Of a DNA stretch of 42,846 nucleotides, positions 36,434 to 42,846 are shown one piece after another (within the stretch, counting starts at the first letter, position 1; each line of letters begins with the position of its first letter). A program made the translations under genes and the position numbers. Under the pieces are notes generated by a model that was given only the letters and a program-made list of their open reading frames with translations, did not search any database and was not told where the DNA came from. The DNA is from Gonapodya sp. JEL0774 (taxonomy: Eukaryota), in assembly GCA_027604505.1 (NCBI GenBank), contig JADIIX010000079.1:62001-104846 (forward strand), read 5' to 3'.

Positions 36434-39400
36434 CTAGCATCGTTCGAAACACTTGTACAAATCTGGAAGGTTCGCTATCTCCAGGATTTCCCCTCCTTTC
36501 GCCCAATCTTTCGGTGCGACTAGACAAGTCCGGAGTGCAGGGAACAGAACATGTTCAACAGTTCGAAAGTATGCTCGCTCCACGTTTACGGTGTTGCTTT
36601 CTCCGTTGTCTTCATCCGCTTCCACCCCGACACAATGATACAACTCTGGCGGTTCTAGTGCATACAAGTTGGCAAGCTCCTCCGCTATTGTTTGAAAGCA
36701 CTCTTTCTCCGTATCCCAGTGAACTTCTGTGCCCAGTCGGAGAAAAAATGTGGGTAATTTTTCCATCACAGGAGTGAAACCCTTGAGGACAAGGGGAAGA
36801 GATTGCAAATTGCCTTCCATGTCAATGTGTAGTGAGAAGTACTCTTCCAGCATGTCTCGGCGATCAACAAGAAGGTCGACGATCTCCTAAGCACAAGAAA
36901 TTGGGAGTTGGAGGCGATACTAGACTCACCCCAAGCGAGCGAGCTGGGTGACCATGTAACATGCGCACTCACTGTCGCGATTTCAGTCTTGGATTTTACT
37001 TGAGGATTCCAACCGCCCTTTTCTCGTTCTTCTTCCTCAAGTGCCAACTCTATAAGGTGTTGTATTGATGTTTGTGGAAGGTACACGTGGCCTTAAGAAA
37101 TAAGCTCCGTGACGGACTGCGGGAACACAAGTTAACACAAACGAAGCTCACCAAGGTTTGAAAACATTCGCAGGAAAAGTTGATAAAAAAATTCTCGACT
37201 ACAAAATCGAGTGAACGTGAGTAATCAGCAAATAAAAATGCAGTTGAAATGCTTACGAACCTAATCTCTACATAGTTTACCATGAACAGTCGTACCTGAT
37301 GTTGTATGAGGGCCAGTTGCTGATCCACGCAACCAACGAATGTACAATCTCGAAAAACCTCCGTGATGCCTTCAACGGAAAGAGTGACTATTTGAACAGA
37401 AGGACAATACATCTTCGTCAGCCTCACCCTTATGTTCTTTTGATTCAACTTCCTCGCGGAGTTCCAAGATACTGCTCAAACGAACGTCAATCCACTTGCG
37501 GTTTGGAGTGATGTTTGTCCTGAATGAATTGCATTCCGACTTAGAACATCAGGATTGGAAGCACTTTTCATTGCTCACGTCGCTTCCACATCCATCAGAT
37601 CAACCGTTGCATCGATCGATTGGATGAGATCCGAATCGCCACTTTTTCCGCATGGGGTTCCCAATTTCTGAGTGTCACCTCTGGGACGACTTGCTACATG
37701 AACGAATGAATCTAACGTCCGGACTCTAGAATCTGTTCGAACAAGCTTGTGCTCCGGAACTTTGAATGTCTGCGATTTCTGCGAAGGAATCGATCCTGAT
37801 GCCTGTGATAACCTGGATTTGTCGTCGGCTGGTCGTAAGTTGAGCAGAGACTGCTTCGTTGCTCTCTGAAAGCTACTTGTCGCGATTTCACTATCCAGAA
37901 GTTTCCGCTCTGCGTCCGCCCCACCTGTCGGAATTCCTTCTCCACTGAAAGCGTCCTCAACAATCACACGAGCGACTCTGCCCACAGTTACCGTCTGCGT
38001 GGCGAATGTGCGACTTTGCATGGTTCTCGCCAGTGTGTTTGCGATCTGGTCGCATACTGAGACAATAACAGCATCCTCATTCAGAAAGTGTACTTCTCGT
38101 TTCGTGGGGTGAACGTTTACATCAACGTTCGAGGCTTTTATGGAGAGGGCGAGATAAACAAAAGGGTGGGTGTTCTTGGGAAGGTGAAGCGAAAAAAGTG
38201 ATTCGATCGCCTTTTTCATGTTGGAGTGATCAACAAGACGATCTATCACAAGCTCGTTTGAGCTTGAGTGGGAACAACACGAATGTCCGAGGACGATCGA
38301 TTCTTTCGAAGCAAACTCACTGTTAATAAAGAGTATGAAATTTAATTTGCGCATGTTGTAGTTGGGATTTGTGACAAAACCACTGCATGAAAATTCATTG
38401 GCTTTGTCTTCAAACTGCACTCCAAGCAACTCTTTCGCAACGTTGGTTCCATAAATCAGCTGAATGCCGTTGGTGATGCTTGAGGCTGTGGGGGTATGCA
38501 CATCCGCGCGAGATGCTCCGACCTATCGAGAGAATTGGTCAACTGCAGACCGAAATCGGATGACTGGAAACTCGCTAACTCGGAACCCACCTTCTTGCAA
38601 GAGAAACCCACGGACGCATTATGAAGTGCGTATTTTTCGATGACGTCCACAATCCTATTGTACTCTTCGGTTGTATTGCGAAAGGCCCGCAGACGAATGG
38701 GCGTGTTGTAGAACATATCTTCAACCTAATTGGTAACCAGGCAGTTGTGAGAAGGCAGATGGCTTGATTGAGCGTTATGCGGAGACATCTACAGTTATTT
38801 GTGTTCCATTGTTACCTGCACATGGTTTCGGATCCGGGCTGCTTCCAGCCTTGACTGGAGTGAGACACCCATCACTGTACACGGCACTGATGCAGAGAGC
38901 GGAGATTTGTAGTCAGATGAGAAATCTTCACCAAAAAATATGGGACAAAACCGCTATCTGACTCTTTAAAGGCATTCTTAGGCGAATCAAATTCACCTCC
39001 CTACTGAATCCATACGAGTTCCAGACAGGAGAGCGAAAGCACATTCCAAGCATGAATGTCCTTTGAATTTCTCCGATTATTCGTCATCCTGCAAGTCGTC
39101 TCAACCCACCGCCAGGCACAAGGAGAATCTCTTGTTTTGGTTGTAATTGTGATCCGAGCGATATGCGAAATTGAAGCAAGAGCTTCCCCCCGGAATCCAT
39201 ATGTGTGGATATCCCGAAGGTCTTCATACTTTCGAAGCTTTGACGTCGTGAATCTCTCACAAACCAGTGGCAGGTCATCCTTTTGGATCCCATGGCCATT
39301 GTCTTGTATTTGGAGGAGTTTGAGTCCACCATCTTTACACACCACTTGAATTGACGTGGCACCAGCATCCAAAGAGTTCTCTATCATCTCCTTGAGTGCG

Positions 39401-39536
39401 TTGGATGGCCTTTGAATGACCTTGAACAATGTCGTGAACTCATGCAAACCGAAGGCATCTCTGAAGTGCAGCCACCCACTTCTCCCGCAGCGATCCGATT
39501 GATAACCGACTCATCCAGGCGTTGTATTCTCGCCAT
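36434..39536 (-). CDS. MLH1: DNA mismatch repair protein MLH1
   Basis: [79 protein letters not shown], and the diagnostic C-terminal FERC*. Confidence 0.97.
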
Positions 39537-39699
39537 GCGAGTCAGTGGACGATGGACTCCAGATCAATTGTGAGATGCTCTACTCCCCAGCGACCACTCT
39601 GCACCGAGAAATTTTAGTGAAATACACTCTCAAACTTTCGTCTGGAGCAAAACAAGTGTCGTTTTAGCGCTGGAAAATAGCCCAGGAGTGATTGCAGAG

Positions 39700-40493
39700 A
39701 GGAGACTTTTGTGGCCTGTTTTGTTTACTCCCAACTAAACCAGGCGAGCGCTGACACCGACATTTTGGGACCCGCTCCAATTGGAACAACAACAACAGGC
39801 AGTTTTCGTTACCTTTTCATAATTGTTGACGAAGAATCTGGCGCTGGTTTTGTCGACCTAATGAAAACGGAAGACGAAGCTTCTCAGAAACTCCAAAGCA
39901 GATTGATCTCAGGCGATCTTCAATATGCCTGGAAAACAAAAGCCGTGAGGAGCGACAATGCCAAGGAAACTCTCCTGAATAATGAAATGAAGAGATGACT
40001 TGCGGAGCGCGGAATCGAACCCAAGACCTCCCCGTCTCATACATCATCGAACAATGGTCGCGCTGAGCGTCGTATCAGAACGATAATGAAAAGAGTCAGA
40101 AGCACCTTGATCATGGCTCAGTTGCCTGTTAGCCTTTGAGGCTACCTTGCCCGAGCTATTTGCTATTTGCATAACGGTTCCCCGTCTGCAGCACGAGGGG
40201 AAAATGCCAATTGAATTTAACAAAACGAAAAGCGAAATGATCGCATTTCTGAATAAAAGGATGCAGAGCAATTGCCTTGGTCAAAGATGATTCTCGCAAC
40301 AAATTGCAACCCAAGTGTGATATCAGTCCGATACATGGTTGGATACGACACTGACTCGACAATTTACGTTTTTTACAACCCGAAATTGCACAAGACTGTA
40401 TGCTTTCTTGAAGAAGCGTTTATTCGAAGCTTTTACCTATCTCCCTCTGGTGATGTGTTACAGGATGTCAAAAAATTGGGTGTTGTTGTATGA
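39700..40493 (+). mobile_element. Degenerate Ty1/Copia integrase (rve core plus downstream SH3-like segment)
   Basis: TDILGP..FRYLFIIVDE..AVRSDNAKE..R*LAERGIEPKTS..NNGRAERRIRTI..AQLPVSL*GY..YLHN, then KLQPK..MVGYD..YVFYNP. In-frame TGA at 39996-39998 and 40137-40139, plus frameshifts. No RT follows. Confidence 0.88.
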
Positions 40494-40736
40494 CCACTGA
40501 GTCAATATGCAGGACGTGGTATTGTGTAGATATATTTTGTATGAGGCGCTCACATTGCATCCAGTCGCGGAGCACCTGAAAATCAAAACGCCCCAAAACA
40601 CCAAAATGTCAAAGAGGGTCAATGGTTCTTAGGGGTTTCTGATTAGTCTCCTCAAGTTCTCTGGAAAGTATGTAGTTGGATGAACAACAGCATATGGATG
40701 GATGGTGTAGCGGGTTTCACTCTTGTCTGGGGATGG

Positions 40737-41037
40737 TGTTGTGAGACGACGGCTAAAAGCGGGAGTTTAGCCGGAGTCACGTGACCCCACGAGTACGACA
40801 ACAGTCGTCCCTGTTCACCTCCACGCGTCACCCCTGGTCGTGGCACCCATTCCTTGGATAGACATGATATCTATTAGTATCTAGATGCGTATAGAGTAGT
40901 TTTTAGATTTTTCTAGTGATCTTAGTTGTGCCGGCGGCTCAGCTGTGACCGCTCGGTGACACATTGTAGGAGGGTTCAGACATACATACATTGAGTTTCG
41001 GGACAGAAACCCACCGGTTCCGCCGCGAACCACAACA
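40737..41037 (+). mobile_element. Putative 5' LTR (301 bp) of an LTR retrotransposon
   Basis: Begins TGTTGTG and ends CACAACA (perfect 7-bp terminal inverted repeat). It is followed after 2 nt by a TGG-starting PBS and a long ORF. The second LTR is not in the window. Confidence 0.72.
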
Positions 41038-41039
41038 TT

Positions 41040-41049
41040 TGGTGCCCCG
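41040..41049 (+). other. Primer-binding site of the LTR element
   Basis: TGGTGCCCCG is complementary to a tRNA 3' end ..CGGGGCACCA, as in some elongator tRNA-Met; the cognate tRNA was not verified. Confidence 0.6.
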
Positions 41050-41312
41050 CCTACTGGGTCGATCCGTCCTCCTCGCGTCTGCGTCCTCCTGGTGCCATCC
41101 TGTCCCGGTCCCTCGATTTTTCTCTTCCGCTCGCAAAACCCAAACCCGAGCGCTCCACCCACATCCGGCCGTAGTATCAGCGGTCACCTGGCAACGGAAG
41201 AGTGCACTGGAAACCAATCCAGCTAAACCCTGGTAACCAAACCGGTGGTCCACTCCTCCCACTGATATACTGGGCCAACCCCAGTCCTCAACTCTCTTCT
41301 CCTCACGCGTAT

Positions 41313-42846
41313 ATGCGACCGTGGGATCGCACTACGCACTACGATCAACCTCGCGTCGCGCACCTCGCTTCTCTCTTCGGCGTGCACGTCAACCCGAATA
41401 CGGTCCTCCCACTCTGGGCCACGACTTCGGACACCTACCCGCAATCGTGGATCATCGCGCTCGATTCCTACCAAAGGATTCTTGTGCACCGTCAGGATAA
41501 AACCGCCGTCGTCGCTTACGCGGAAGTCCCCCTCGGCATTTCCGTCATCCTCACCGCCCAGTACTGTGATCTCGGCGACGCTCCGCTTCGCTCGCACACT
41601 CGCCAAATCAGCGGGTCAACAGACGACGTCCTACCATACACTCCGGTCGACCTTCGCAAACCCTTCGAACACAAAGGCCGAAACTCCGTACGAGACCCGA
41701 TCCTCATCCAAATCGTACCGCGCCGCCTCCTCCCCACCGGCGTTGATCTCATCGTACCCGCCGAGGTCTTTTACGATAACATCTGGCACCGTCTACTCGG
41801 TGACATCCCGCTCAACGACCCGACAGGCATCACCACCGCCCCCACTCTCGCAGCCGCGATGAACGTCGGCGCAGGTCCCGTAGCGTCAGTAGCCATGAGT
41901 GATGTAAACCAAAATACATCTGGTACCACATACGGTAGTGCAGCCACTGGGCCAACCCCGGTGCTTACAACTAGCCCACTACCCGCGCTCGCAGGCACCC
42001 AAGTGCCTCCTCCCCAAATACCACAAATCACTGTTCCCCCCATTCCCCTGTTTGCGGGCCAACCCGCTGCAGTGGTCCCTCAATTTACGTTGGCAGCCAA
42101 CCTGCCACCGCCCCCATTCCCATCTATTCTTACACCCCCACACGTTTCTGGCTACCAACAGCCACCTCTTGTCTTACCACCTGCTGCGATGCAAATTCCC
42201 AGTGCTGCCCCACCTACACAATATGGGTACCAACCCCAATTCCCTCAGCACATTGTCCTTGGTGATCGCTTGAAATACCGAGTGCTGGCTGATGGTGAAC
42301 CAATCACCGCATGGCTACAGCACGCAGACGCCATCTACCGTGCAAACGGCGAAATCCCCAGCACTGCCGCCCTTCGTGCCACCGAAGCTCTCCGTAACTC
42401 AGGGCTTCGAGGACAACAAATTGCCGCCGCTGTCGACCGTGTTGCAGCCAACCTCGCAACCTGGGATGCGTTTCGTCAAGCAGTAACCAAAGCTGCCGGA
42501 GACGACCAACAGCCACGCTCACTTGCCTGGTCCAAAATAGAAGGATTCTGTGCCTCCATTGACTGTGGAGCGCAAACCATCATTAACGAGTTCCGACAAC
42601 TTGTTAACGACCTCCGCTCAGTCGACCGCACAATTGACTGGGAGCTCCAAACCGGCGGACCTGACAGTACAATCAACCGTACTTTGCGCCGCAGTTTCAT
42701 ACGTGCATTTGAGCACACCGACCCTGAGCACTTCCGTGAGCTTCAAAAGCTCGATGCTCGTCAAGCTCCTCTTGAGCAAATGTACAGTGCAACAGTGGCT
42801 CACCAAACTCGCAAGGTCACCTGGGGCCAGTGGCAGTTTGCCAACC
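41313..42846 (+). CDS. Gag-like ORF of the LTR retrotransposon (probably Ty3/Gypsy); intronless, open to the window end, absent from the ORF track
   Basis: The frame is stop-free from 41175 to 42846; first ATG at 41313 (MRPWDRTTHY). A Pro-rich linker is followed by capsid-like GEPITAWLQHADAIY..LATWDAFRQAV..IINEFRQLVNDL. Confidence 0.75.
   Translation, partial: MRPWDRTTHYDQPRVAHLASLFGVHVNPNTVLPLWATTSDTYPQSWIIALDSYQRILVHRQDKTAVVAYAEVPLGISVILTAQYCDLGDAPLRSHTRQISGSTDDVLPYTPVDLRKPFEHKGRNSVRDPILIQIVPRRLLPTGVDLIVPAEVFYDNIWHRLLGDIPLNDPTGITTAPTLAAAMNVGAGPVASVAMSDVNQNTSGTTYGSAATGPTPVLTTSPLPALAGTQVPPPQIPQITVPPIPLFAGQPAAVVPQFTLAANLPPPPFPSILTPPHVSGYQQPPLVLPPAAMQIPSAAPPTQYGYQPQFPQHIVLGDRLKYRVLADGEPITAWLQHADAIYRANGEIPSTAALRATEALRNSGLRGQQIAAAVDRVAANLATWDAFRQAVTKAAGDDQQPRSLAWSKIEGFCASIDCGAQTIINEFRQLVNDLRSVDRTIDWELQTGGPDSTINRTLRRSFIRAFEHTDPEHFRELQKLDARQAPLEQMYSATVAHQTRKVTWGQWQFAN

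Noticed and set aside
39996..40139. RIP-like mutation as the cause of the Copia stop codons
   Set aside because: Only two sites, a presumed TGG>TGA change is not the CpA>TpA context, and the region is not obviously TpA-rich.

Overview
Eukaryotic, intron-rich genomic DNA with mostly short GT-AG introns. It is most likely from a flagellated (zoosporic, chytrid-like) fungus, inferred from fungal-type genes plus a SPEF1 flagellar gene. Gene order: Baeyer-Villiger monooxygenase (-, runs off the left edge); LRR/mucin-stalk membrane protein A (-); ~2 kb of decayed coding-like DNA; two-RRM RBMS/Spo5-like protein (-); MCM2 (-); paralogous LRR/mucin membrane protein B with a duplicated ectodomain (+); SCY1/SCYL2 pseudokinase (+); SPEF1 (-); beta-COP (+); INSIG (+); MLH1 (-); a dead Ty1/Copia integrase; and the 5' end (LTR, PBS, gag-like ORF) of a second LTR retrotransposon running off the right edge. 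Two things stand out. (1) A family of receptor-like surface proteins: signal peptide, PxCCCGA cap, plant-like LRRs with one repeat per exon, Thr/Ser stalk, GxxxG membrane segment and an almost uncharged Ala/Gly/Thr tail. (2) An unusually long, hairpin-rich first intron of MCM2 behind a probable ATG-only exon. All gene models were spliced by eye; no database searches were run.
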